In this document: positions 47,902-59,717 of the stretch, in pieces
Numbering within the stretch: the stretch's first letter is position 1
Layout of the letters: each line of letters starts with the position of its first letter
Virus record (IMG/VR): IMGVR_UViG_3300044609_000960
Span: 95,263-159,262 of that record
Origin: a virus
Length of the DNA stretch: 64,000 nucleotides
Reading direction: 5' to 3' (one strand)
Made by a program: the position numbers and the translations under genes
The notes under the pieces: model-generated
What the model was told of the DNA's origin: nothing
What the model saw: only the letters and a program-made list of their open reading frames with translations
Databases searched by the model: none

Positions 47902-50900
47902 ATGGCAACTTCATCAATAATCCTAGATATACGGGCTAATACACAGAGAGCTCTTAGTGAGTTCAAAACGTTCTCATCCCAACTCGATAATAAATTCCTA
48001 GTATCTGGACTTAAACTCGATGTAGTTCGCAATGCGCTTTCCCAAATCAACCGTGAGTTTCAAAAGAGCCTAGGGGAGCAAGGACTAGCCTCAGCGCAAT
48101 CTCTTAAAGCCGCAGAGAACCAAGCCGCGATCCTAACCAATATCTATGCTGGATTCAGCAAAACTGCATCTGGTCGTATTGTCGAGGACTTTTCATCGGC
48201 TCTTAATATAGTAGCCACAAGAACCGGATCTACGGTTTCTGATATTCAGAAAACCTTAGCAGTATCACCCTATCTTTCTAGGGATTTGTCGCAAGGTATT
48301 AGACAGAATATCCTTGTAGATATTCAAAATCTCCAAACCGCTGCTCGTAGAGCCGGACTTGGAGGCAACACCGCTGACATTCTTAATAAGTTCCTAACTG
48401 GGCAGACAGGTGGCCAAGAGCTCCAAGAATCTGGGGATACACTCTCCAAGATGCTTGGTGCGGAGCTAAGTAGAGTTGGTGGTGGAGTTGGTACAGAGAC
48501 AATGTCTCTCTCCGAAAGAACAAGGATTCTCCGCGCCGCCCTAGCAAATATAGACATTGAGGGATTTGCCAAAGAAACTGGTGGATTTAGGGCCGTATTA
48601 GAACAATTCTCGGCATCTCTCTTCAATCCAAAGGCCGGCCTTCTTGGCGCAATGAGGGAGTTCGTCTTAAAGACCGGCGAGGCTCCAACTACTATTTTTA
48701 AAGAAACTACAAAACTTTTTGAGAGTATCTTTGGTGAAGAAGGATTTATTAAAACTCTGAGTAGAGAACTCGCTAAAGCATTTGGTCTTAGGGGCGAAGA
48801 CACAGCCATAAGATTCTTAGGCAGAGGGATTCGGTTTATTACCAATCTCATCAATGGTGCTAAAAATCTAATCGATGATATCCTTAATACTCCAATAGTC
48901 CGTAAAGTTGTAGAGATAATTAGGTCAGCTTTTGATGGTATTGTAGGATTTTTAAGGAAGCTTGAAGGTATTGCCAATAACCCTCCAGACTTCCCAGATA
49001 TCTCAAAGGAGAGTATCCAGACATTTATCCGAGATATCGGGGAAAACGTACGTGGATTCTTACGTAAAGTAGGAGCATTTATTCGCGGAGAGGATATTTC
49101 CGATGAGGCAAATACCGGGGCATCAATTGTTGGTACAATAGTCGATGAGGCTGGTAAAACCATGCTCACCTTCTTCAAGGAAGTTGGTGATGCCTTATTA
49201 GCTAAAACCGGCACCATTGCCCTTGAACTTGCTAAAGTCCTTCCAGGAACCATTGCCGGGGTTATTGCCAAAGGACTAACCGGAGCAGGAGGGATTACAG
49301 GATTTATACTTTCGGCCCTTGGGGTAGGAGGACTGGGACTAGGTGCCTCAAGAGCCTTTGGCGGATTTAGGAGAGGTGTTCTTGCTGGAGAAGGTGGGGT
49401 TCCAGGCGCTATAAATAGATTCTTAGGTTCTCCTGTTGGCCCATTAAGACCAAGAGCTAGAGTCACTGGAAGTGGCCGAACACGTGGAGGCGGAGGTGGA
49501 AGAAGAACCGGAGAGGTTTCTCCTCCTGACTTAGATGATCTACTCAGTTCAATTAGAAATGAGGATGGGGCTCCTACACAAACATCTTATAGAAGGGGGC
49601 TTAGAGATAGAATCAGAGATAGATACTCAAGAACAATTGCTCCGAGATCACAATGGCCAAGGCCAGGACAAAATCTTGAATTACTTGCCCGTAGAAAAGC
49701 AATAACTGAGGGTAGAATCACTCCCTCAACCTCTGTATTAGCAGGCACTATAAGTGAGTTATTGACTCCAGAAGAAATTCTGTCGCAATATTCCCGGCCA
49801 GGCACAAAGATCAATAGATATAATACAATGTTCAAATCTATTGATATGCCAGATCAATATCTCACTCAAGCTGGCCCTCTTCCCCTCGAGTCAGCCGAAC
49901 CTTGGACAATGGCCGAAGGAGCATATCAGCCATATATGGGTGAAGTAAATCCGGCTGTAACTGAAAGGAAAGACTTTCTTACCAATCAACGTAGACAGGG
50001 ATTAATCGAAGAAGCAGCCTTTAGAAGAAAGATTAGAAGTAGACAAAGTGTAAGACAAAGATTTGCTCAAAGATATGGTCGTGGTGCGCTTTTAAGAACG
50101 CAAATGGGAAGATTAGGACGTGGTGGAGTACCCAATGTGCCCGGCGGGAAGTTTGGTCTTGCCATGACTGCACTTGGGTTGGGTGCAATGGCTCTCGACG
50201 CTGGGCAATCTCAAGCAGGACAAGATGAATTTGGACAAGAAATCCCTCAACCTAAAGTAGGAACGGGAGCTGCTTGGGGTTCTGTTGGTATGGGAGTTAC
50301 TCAAGGAGCATTAGCCGGTTCAGCTTTAGGCCCATGGGGCGCGGCGATTGGTGGAGTTATTGGTGGTGGAATATCTCTGATGGATAAAGGTGTCAGAGAT
50401 GCTATAGGAAAATCATTGAGAGACTTTGGATCTAATGCGCTTAAATGGGGTGGTGAATTAGCCGAAGGACTAAAATCCAACATATTTAAAGGATTTGAAA
50501 CTATCAAAAACTTTGCAAAGGGAATAGACTGGAAGCAAAGAATCTTAGATATTGTATTCCCCGGCAGATCTTTGCTGAGAATGGGAGCGGAAAGAGTTGG
50601 TTTGGAGAGAAGTGGACGAAACTCCGGCTTTGGGGCTAATGTTAAAAATTGGCTTGCTAATATTCTAGGCCTTAAAGAAGTAGGTGGCCCCGTAATAAGA
50701 GGTGCTTCCTATATCGTGGGAGAAAGAGGTCCTGAGATTTACACACCTGGAGAAACTGGCACTATATCCTCTAATAGAGAGCTGAATTCTCTTATTTCTG
50801 GGGCTCAAAAAAATAAACCTATTAGTTCCTTAGATGGTGGAGGTGCAGTATTTAACATTACTATTAATGCCACCGGCTTAGCAGGTAATGATATTGCTGC

Positions 50901-50991
50901 TGCAATCCAACCTGCTGTTATGCAAGTACTGGACACCGCGTGGAGTAGATCTAACTCCAACATCGTAACAAGAGGAGCAACAATAATCTAA
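47902..50991 (+). CDS. Tape measure-like protein
   Basis: 1029 aa helical, Gly-rich hydrophobic segments, C-terminal GGPV...YIVGERGPE. Confidence 0.75.
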   Translation: MATSSIILDIRANTQRALSEFKTFSSQLDNKFLVSGLKLDVVRNALSQINREFQKSLGEQGLASAQSLKAAENQAAILTNIYAGFSKTASGRIVEDFSSALNIVATRTGSTVSDIQKTLAVSPYLSRDLSQGIRQNILVDIQNLQTAARRAGLGGNTADILNKFLTGQTGGQELQESGDTLSKMLGAELSRVGGGVGTETMSLSERTRILRAALANIDIEGFAKETGGFRAVLEQFSASLFNPKAGLLGAMREFVLKTGEAPTTIFKETTKLFESIFGEEGFIKTLSRELAKAFGLRGEDTAIRFLGRGIRFITNLINGAKNLIDDILNTPIVRKVVEIIRSAFDGIVGFLRKLEGIANNPPDFPDISKESIQTFIRDIGENVRGFLRKVGAFIRGEDISDEANTGASIVGTIVDEAGKTMLTFFKEVGDALLAKTGTIALELAKVLPGTIAGVIAKGLTGAGGITGFILSALGVGGLGLGASRAFGGFRRGVLAGEGGVPGAINRFLGSPVGPLRPRARVTGSGRTRGGGGGRRTGEVSPPDLDDLLSSIRNEDGAPTQTSYRRGLRDRIRDRYSRTIAPRSQWPRPGQNLELLARRKAITEGRITPSTSVLAGTISELLTPEEILSQYSRPGTKINRYNTMFKSIDMPDQYLTQAGPLPLESAEPWTMAEGAYQPYMGEVNPAVTERKDFLTNQRRQGLIEEAAFRRKIRSRQSVRQRFAQRYGRGALLRTQMGRLGRGGVPNVPGGKFGLAMTALGLGAMALDAGQSQAGQDEFGQEIPQPKVGTGAAWGSVGMGVTQGALAGSALGPWGAAIGGVIGGGISLMDKGVRDAIGKSLRDFGSNALKWGGELAEGLKSNIFKGFETIKNFAKGIDWKQRILDIVFPGRSLLRMGAERVGLERSGRNSGFGANVKNWLANILGLKEVGGPVIRGASYIVGERGPEIYTPGETGTISSNRELNSLISGAQKNKPISSLDGGGAVFNITINATGLAGNDIAAAIQPAVMQVLDTAWSRSNSNIVTRGATII

Positions 50992-51512
50992 TGATTAACT
51001 TACCACAAATAACTTCTAGGGTTGATACTGCAGAACTACAGAATATCAAAAACCAACTAGCTTTGCGCGATAGGATTAATGCTGATAACTATGAAAATAT
51101 CCAGCTCGAAAGAAAAAATCCATCGGTAATTTTCTCAGAACAATCAAACCCGTCGCTCTCCGACTCAGCACTTCGAGGCCTATCTTATCCCCTAGAGCTT
51201 AATGGCAAAGGCGGATTAAAGCTATCCTCAAACTATGACAGAGTTGGCCAGCAAATACTAGAGGTCTTACAAACTCGCATTGGAGAAAGGGTCTATAGGC
51301 CATTCTTTGGTATTCCTGAATTGCTCTTTGAGACCATCGATGAATACACATTAGCTCAAACAATCCGCTCTCAGATTGGCTCAGTGGTACCCACAGGTGT
51401 GGAATTAGAGGTTAAAGTATCTCTATCCGAGGATGGTGGCGCTCAGATAATAGTATTCTATTCAGTCGAAGGTAGTCAACCCGCCCTTGTTAAATACGCA
51501 TTTAGACCATGA
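50991..51512 (+). CDS. Baseplate wedge gp25/gpW-like protein
   Basis: GLSYPL, LQTRIGERVYRPFFG, LLFE. Confidence 0.88.
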   Translation: MINLPQITSRVDTAELQNIKNQLALRDRINADNYENIQLERKNPSVIFSEQSNPSLSDSALRGLSYPLELNGKGGLKLSSNYDRVGQQILEVLQTRIGERVYRPFFGIPELLFETIDEYTLAQTIRSQIGSVVPTGVELEVKVSLSEDGGAQIIVFYSVEGSQPALVKYAFRP

Positions 51513-51934
51513 GTCGTATCCATAAAAACTTTGCAGAATTTGGCTCAGATGCTCAGCAGATGATCATCGACCAGATTCAATCTATCGATCTTGAGAAGAT
51601 TGGGCCAAAGTCCATTGCTCACGTCGGTAAAACACTTATCTCCCTAGTTAAGCAATCCCACCAACTCCAGGAAGATGTTGAAGAGGAGGAAGTACGGGAT
51701 AACTGGATTGCTATTAGAGAACTTTCTCATATCCTCCTTGTTGAGATCCTTGAGAAGTTTAAAGAGTTGAGTGCCCTTGGTGAAATTCCTGAATGGGAAC
51801 GGGCAAATGTCCTCAATCTTCTCCAAGAGATTACAAAAGTCTGCCACGCAGAAGAAAAACGCGATGCCCTCTCAGAGATCAATACTGGGAAAGTCATTGA
51901 TGACAAAATACTCGACGAGATGTTAGGATTATGA
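51509..51934 (+). CDS. Hypothetical helical protein
   Basis: 141 aa, ATGA-coupled on both sides. Confidence 0.6.
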   Translation: MSRIHKNFAEFGSDAQQMIIDQIQSIDLEKIGPKSIAHVGKTLISLVKQSHQLQEDVEEEEVRDNWIAIRELSHILLVEILEKFKELSALGEIPEWERANVLNLLQEITKVCHAEEKRDALSEINTGKVIDDKILDEMLGL

Positions 51935-52092
51935 TGAACATTGACCAGGTCAGAGCAGGTGGTGAGGGAATGCTCTCCTCTGCCAAGAAACGCAAAGAGG
52001 AAGAAGCAGCCGAAGGACCAGATCTCTTCCAAACCAAAGAACAAAAAGTTAAAGTAAAAGTCCCAGACGGATGGCATACTAAGGAGCCATGA
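51931..52092 (+). CDS. 53-aa protein with VPDGW tag (not in ORF track)
   Basis: MMNIDQVRAGGEGMLSSAKKRKEEEAAEGPDLFQTKEQKVKVKVPDGWHTKEP; ATGA overlap, exactly fills the gap. Confidence 0.7.
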   Translation: MMNIDQVRAGGEGMLSSAKKRKEEEAAEGPDLFQTKEQKVKVKVPDGWHTKEP

Positions 52093-52093
52093 G

Positions 52094-52297
52094 ATGCCCC
52101 GCGAATGGAACACTCCTGTTAGAGAGTGTTGGAATGCCCCCATTCATAACATTCTCAAAGCAATAGATAATCATACTCAGATATACCTAAGAACCGGGGA
52201 TAAGTGGCATCTTGAGCAGGCCGCCTTCCTCAGGGTATATGTTTCAGATCTTAAGACTTGGATACATAGTCAAGAGAAGAATCAGTTTAAGGATTAG
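52094..52297 (+). CDS. Conserved cyanophage-type hypothetical protein
   Basis: MPREWNTP.RE.WNAPIH..LKAIDNH; AAGGAG RBS. Confidence 0.7.
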   Translation: MPREWNTPVRECWNAPIHNILKAIDNHTQIYLRTGDKWHLEQAAFLRVYVSDLKTWIHSQEKNQFKD

Positions 52298-52315
52298 GGA
52301 GAGTTATAATTACCC

Positions 52316-55071
<2,756 letters not shown>

Positions 55072-55072
<1 letters not shown>

Positions 55073-55203
55073 TGGACAATAAACTTAGCCCGGAATTAGA
55101 ACAAAAATTACAAAAGAAGCATGGATGGGGAGAATTCTCCGCGATTAAAGTAGTAAAGAAAGCTGTTCAAAAACCTGAAGGTTGGAGAGAACAGGGAAAA
55201 TGA
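55072..55203 (+). CDS. 43-aa protein with KPEGW tag (not in ORF track)
   Basis: [43 protein letters not shown]; TAATG overlap with effector gene, GGAG upstream. Confidence 0.65.
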
Positions 55204-55237
55204 TCGTTTAAAGTACTATATAAATAGTATTAATATC

Positions 55238-55876
55238 ATGCCACTCAAAGAAGGCTCAAGTGATGAGACCATCTCAAAAAATATAAAAACAGAGATGGAA
55301 TCGGGTAAACCACAAAAACAAGCCATAGCCATCGCCTTGGATAAGGCTGGTAAATCCACCTCGGATAATGCAGAACCAGAAGAGGGACAAATGGCCCAAG
55401 GGGATGTCCGTGCGATCATGGCCATGGCCAAAAAGATCGATGATATGGTCTCAGAGATGACCGATCTGCCTGAATGGGTCCAGGCAAAAATCACCAAAGC
55501 CCAAGACTATTTAACATCAGTTACCCAACATCTATCGCATCCAGGAGAAGATCAAATGGCACAAGATATGGGCGAAGGAAAAGACCACGATAAGGATGGT
55601 GATGTTGACTCTGATGATTACATGATGGCAAGAGATAAGGCAATCGATGAAGCCATGGGTAAGGATGAGGAAACCTCTGACAATGCCGAAGACTCCGATC
55701 CTTGCTGGAAAGACTATGAGATGGTTGGAATGAAGAAGGGTAAGGGTGGTAAGCCTGTTCCTAACTGTGTACCCAAGTCTTCTGACAATGGTGAATGTGA
55801 AGAATGTTCTGACGAGTACTCAGAAGTAAATGTTCCTGACGGTTGGTCGGTAAGTTCCAATGTCTACAAAAATTAA
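55238..55876 (+). CDS. Acidic modular putative head-internal protein
   Basis: [13 protein letters not shown]...[17 protein letters not shown], DxDxDGDxD, CWKDY...VPNCVP modules; C-terminal VPDGW. Confidence 0.7.
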   Translation: MPLKEGSSDETISKNIKTEMESGKPQKQAIAIALDKAGKSTSDNAEPEEGQMAQGDVRAIMAMAKKIDDMVSEMTDLPEWVQAKITKAQDYLTSVTQHLSHPGEDQMAQDMGEGKDHDKDGDVDSDDYMMARDKAIDEAMGKDEETSDNAEDSDPCWKDYEMVGMKKGKGGKPVPNCVPKSSDNGECEECSDEYSEVNVPDGWSVSSNVYKN

Positions 55877-56312
55877 TATACCTGATGGTTGGTCAGTAAG
55901 TCCTTCTTTTGGGGAGATTCCATCTCCTTATGATAAGAAACAACATCTCGAAGGTCAGCATGATAAGCAGGATAGCGGCATAGATGATGAGGTCTCTGAT
56001 GAGGCTAATATGTCCGAGGAAGAATATAAATATTGGTCTAAAGAATACGCAGAAGAGACCAATTATGCTGACGATGGTAAAAAATATACTCACACGTATA
56101 AAGATCCTAAGACTGGCAATACCCGTAAAGTCCGCTATGGTGCAAAAGGATACACCATCGCCCCAGGGACAAAGAAAGGCGATTCCTATTGTGCCAGATC
56201 CTTGGGAGACATGAAGTCTGAAGGGATGGACTGTTCCGGTCCAGATAAAAATACTCCGATGTGCCTATCAAGGAAAAAATGGAGATGTAAAGGGGCCAAG
56301 TCATCTAGGTAA
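55860..56312 (+). CDS. Putative head-internal protein (YCAR...KWRC family)
   Basis: N-terminal IPDGW, acidic leader, basic VRYG...SYCARS...RKKWRC domain. Confidence 0.7.
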   Translation: MSTKINIPDGWSVSPSFGEIPSPYDKKQHLEGQHDKQDSGIDDEVSDEANMSEEEYKYWSKEYAEETNYADDGKKYTHTYKDPKTGNTRKVRYGAKGYTIAPGTKKGDSYCARSLGDMKSEGMDCSGPDKNTPMCLSRKKWRCKGAKSSR

Positions 56313-56392
56313 AGATATCCGTATATCTAGGGGGGTTTACAGATCCCCCTTTGTCGTTTAAAGTAGGATAAATCCTTTACCCAGGAGACTCT

Positions 56393-56803
56393 ATGACTAC
56401 AGTGTTCCTCTATACGTTTCTATTTTCTACCTGGGGGCTAGGACTTTTATCTTGGATGGTGGCTTTAGGAAACTTTATTACAAAAAATAACATCTCAAAT
56501 CAAGAACGTTATATTGAAATAACTCAAAAGAAAGCACTATTTAATCGCTTCAATGATCTCAGTGGTATCCAGGCCTACGGATCTAAGTCCCAACCCTCAA
56601 AACGTGCTCCTTGGGGGAGAGTTGGTGAAGCAGAAGAGAGTCCAGAATTGATCCCAGATAAGATTAAAGAATTGATGAAATCATCACCTAATCATCCAGA
56701 GGTCGAAGAGATTGATGGATCTGATCAGATTCTCGGAGTTAAATTTGAAGCACGTGATTATCCTCCGGTATTTGGAGACGGCGATGGAGACGATGAAGAA
56801 TGA
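56393..56803 (+). CDS. Membrane protein, possible holin/lysis accessory
   Basis: N-terminal hydrophobic helix; ATGA-coupled to endolysin. Confidence 0.5.
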   Translation: MTTVFLYTFLFSTWGLGLLSWMVALGNFITKNNISNQERYIEITQKKALFNRFNDLSGIQAYGSKSQPSKRAPWGRVGEAEESPELIPDKIKELMKSSPNHPEVEEIDGSDQILGVKFEARDYPPVFGDGDGDDEE

Positions 56804-58077
56804 AACCCCCTGCTTGTGGTATTGATCTAATCAAAAGATTTGAAGGATGCCACCTCAAGGCATATCCAGATCCCCTCAGTGGCGGTAAGCCCTATACCAT
56901 AGGCTGGGGATCTACTAAGAAGATGGATGGCTCACCATTTATCTTAGGAGAAGCAATCACCCAAGATGAGGCGGATAGGCTCCTTCTGGATCAATTAGAG
57001 AAGGCTTATATGCCAGCTCTTCTAAGAATCCCGCATATCAACGAGATGTCAGAAGAGCAGATGGGAGCCCTGCTCAGTTTTGCCTATAATTTAGGCGCTA
57101 GGTTTTATGGTTCTGATGGATTTGAAACCATCTCACGTAGATTAAGGAATAAGGAATGGGATCTTATTCCAGATGCTTTATTGTTATATAGAAACCCTGG
57201 AAGTAATGTAGAGGAAGGATTAAAAAGACGTCGTGTTGCTGAAGGGGCCCTTTGGTCTAAAGGTAATAGAAAAAATAAAATGGAAAAACAACAGATTGTA
57301 GCATTATGCGATACGCTCCTCAAAAAAGAGCCATTACAATCCTACCAACTTGACTTCAATCAGAAGAAACAAGTTCAAAAGGGCAAGGGGTATCAAGTAA
57401 TTGATATCGTGGATGAGGGTACTCATTCTAAAGTAACTTTGGATTATGGAGCTGGTATTTGGTATATTTATAACCCTCATTGGGAGGTAGAGGGTGTTAA
57501 TGCAGTAGACCATGAGGCAAATAAGCATACTATCCTCAAGGTAAAGTATTTCCCTCAAAGAGATAGTCGGACCACGCATGCACATCGTATGTGTTTCTCT
57601 AGTTCATGCGCGATGATGGCAGACTATCTCAATCCAAATGCGATTGATGTCGCTGAGCAAGAGGACGATTTCTATATGAAGAATTATGTCTTCAGATACG
57701 GAGATACAACAAGCTCTTCTGCTCAAATCCAAGCATTAAGAGACCTTGGTATCAAGGCCCAGTTTCGCCAAAATCTCTCTCAAAAAGATATTGAAGCACA
57801 AATCGACAAAGGAATCCCTGTGCCAGTAGGTATTCTCCATCATGGTCATGTTTCCGCTCCTCGTGGCGGAGGGCATTGGGTTTGTATCATTGGTTACGAT
57901 AAAGAGAATGCTCAGTATATCGTCCATGACCCGTATGGTGAGTTAGATCTAGTCAATGGAGGCTATTATGGCTCTACCAATGGCGCATCTGAACGTTATT
58001 CTTATGTCAATTTCAACAAACGCTGGATGGTAGAAGGAATGGGCACAGGTTGGGGGATTATTTCTGAGAAGAAATAG
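56800..58077 (+). CDS. Endolysin: GH24 lysozyme plus C39-like peptidase
   Basis: FEG..L.AY.D...TIGWG, SFAYNLG, GL.RRR.AE; CFSSSCAM, GGHW, VHDPYG. Confidence 0.92.
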   Translation: MKPPACGIDLIKRFEGCHLKAYPDPLSGGKPYTIGWGSTKKMDGSPFILGEAITQDEADRLLLDQLEKAYMPALLRIPHINEMSEEQMGALLSFAYNLGARFYGSDGFETISRRLRNKEWDLIPDALLLYRNPGSNVEEGLKRRRVAEGALWSKGNRKNKMEKQQIVALCDTLLKKEPLQSYQLDFNQKKQVQKGKGYQVIDIVDEGTHSKVTLDYGAGIWYIYNPHWEVEGVNAVDHEANKHTILKVKYFPQRDSRTTHAHRMCFSSSCAMMADYLNPNAIDVAEQEDDFYMKNYVFRYGDTTSSSAQIQALRDLGIKAQFRQNLSQKDIEAQIDKGIPVPVGILHHGHVSAPRGGGHWVCIIGYDKENAQYIVHDPYGELDLVNGGYYGSTNGASERYSYVNFNKRWMVEGMGTGWGIISEKK

Positions 58078-58201
58078 GGAAATTACTACTCAAAAAGTAG
58101 TATTTCCCTCCCATGTTTTACCACTTTACCAGATTAAAATATAATAGATGAGTCGCCTACGGGGTCTTGTCTATTATCTTTATGCTTTTTAAGGTAAAAC
58201 A

Positions 58202-58636
58202 ATGCTTGATTTATTTGTAACTTCACCCTACTCTAGAAAAAGAGTCGAGCCAAGTGAGCTCGAGAAACAACTCATGGATACGTTCTTTGGCACTTCTAGT
58301 TCTTCTGTGAACTTTCCAAAGTACAATGTCTATCGCAACATGGACGGTAATCCATACATCACCTATATGGAGTTCGCTCTTGCGGGATATAAGAAAGAAG
58401 ATCTAGATATTAAACTAGAAGGAGGTTATTTGCATGTCTTAGGTAAAGGTGGTGCAGATATTAAAGACAGAGAATATTCCCATAGGGGGATGGCGCGTAG
58501 AGACTTCGATGTTAAGTTTTACATCGAGAAGGATGTTGAAGTTAAATCCGCTAAGTTCTCAGACGGGCTTTTAACTATTGAGCTGGAAAAATTAGTACCT
58601 GAAGAGAAAAAACCCAAGTCCATTCAAATCTGGTGA
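58202..58636 (+). CDS. hsp20: Small heat shock protein
   Basis: FPKYN, ALAG, HRGMARR.F, DGLL.I.L...PEEKKP. Confidence 0.93.
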   Translation: MLDLFVTSPYSRKRVEPSELEKQLMDTFFGTSSSSVNFPKYNVYRNMDGNPYITYMEFALAGYKKEDLDIKLEGGYLHVLGKGGADIKDREYSHRGMARRDFDVKFYIEKDVEVKSAKFSDGLLTIELEKLVPEEKKPKSIQIW

Positions 58637-58663
58637 TCTAACCACATTACAGACTGTAACATC

Positions 58664-58686
58664 AAGGAGGCTTCGGCCTCCTTTTT
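58664..58686 (+). terminator. Intrinsic terminator
   Basis: AAGGAGGC-TTCG-GCCTCCTT plus T run. Confidence 0.9.
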
Positions 58687-58721
58687 ATGTTATGATGATC
58701 GGAGAAAATCCGATTTTCCCC

Positions 58722-59717
58722 ATGAAAACGATCTCAGAAGTCCAATCCGCCCTCTCAAAGATTATTGAGAAAACCATTCCCCACTCCGTATTCATCTGGG
58801 GTCCGCCTGGAATCGGTAAGTCTTCCATTGTCCGTAAGGTCGCAGAAGATAACCGACTCGATCTGATCGATCTGCGAATCTCCCAGTTGGCCCCCACTGA
58901 TCTCCGAGGACTGCCTTTTGTTGAGGATAGGGTGGCTAAGTTTGCTCCTCCGTCCTTCCTCCCACAAGATGGCCAAGGGATTCTCTTCGTAGACGAGTTT
59001 AATATGGCCTCCCCATCGATGATGGGTATTGCCCAACAACTCATCCTAGATCGCCAAGTGGGTGATTATAAAGTCCCTGAAGGTTGGTTTATTATCGCAG
59101 CAGGGAACCGTGCTGAGGACCGTGCAGCAGTGAGTCAAATGCCTGCTCCTGTGGCTAATCGTTTCATCCACTTCCAAGTAGAGTCCGATCTTGCGTCGTG
59201 GAAAGAATATGCTATTAAGAAAGGACTCAATGAGCAAATCATCTCCTTCCTAAATTTCCGTCCGCAACTTCTTTTCGATTTCAATAAGAACGCCACAGCA
59301 TGGCCATCACCTCGGAGTTGGGAGTTCGCAAACTCTCTCCTTGACATCGACCTTGAGATCGATTCTGCAATTGGTGATGGAGCAGCAGCAGAATTCTATG
59401 CCTATCAAACCATCTATTCCAAACTGCCAGACATCTCCGCGATTCTATCCGGTGAGCAAGTTGAGGTTCCCCATGAACCTTCTTTGATGTACGCTGTAAG
59501 TGGCGCGCTCGTCTCCCGAGCAAAGTCCGCCCAAGACTTCTACAATGGGGTTAAATGGTTGATCAATGGAACAACTGAAGATTATGTTGGTCTCTTTATG
59601 GGAGATGCTATGATCTCCATGCAAGCGAACAATTTCCAAGGGGCGTTTGTTAAGCTTATCTCTAAGGATCCCCAGGTTAAGGCCTTTATCACCAAGTACC
59701 AGGAGTTGCTGCGATGA
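58722..59717 (+). CDS. MoxR-like AAA+ ATPase
   Basis: GPPGIGKS, DLRGLP, VDE, AAGN, NRF, SPRSW; start chosen at MKTISE (track 58692). Confidence 0.92.
   Translation: MKTISEVQSALSKIIEKTIPHSVFIWGPPGIGKSSIVRKVAEDNRLDLIDLRISQLAPTDLRGLPFVEDRVAKFAPPSFLPQDGQGILFVDEFNMASPSMMGIAQQLILDRQVGDYKVPEGWFIIAAGNRAEDRAAVSQMPAPVANRFIHFQVESDLASWKEYAIKKGLNEQIISFLNFRPQLLFDFNKNATAWPSPRSWEFANSLLDIDLEIDSAIGDGAAAEFYAYQTIYSKLPDISAILSGEQVEVPHEPSLMYAVSGALVSRAKSAQDFYNGVKWLINGTTEDYVGLFMGDAMISMQANNFQGAFVKLISKDPQVKAFITKYQELLR

Noticed and set aside
48324-49466. 380-aa antisense ORF
   Set aside because: Shadow of tape measure gene with typical antisense composition
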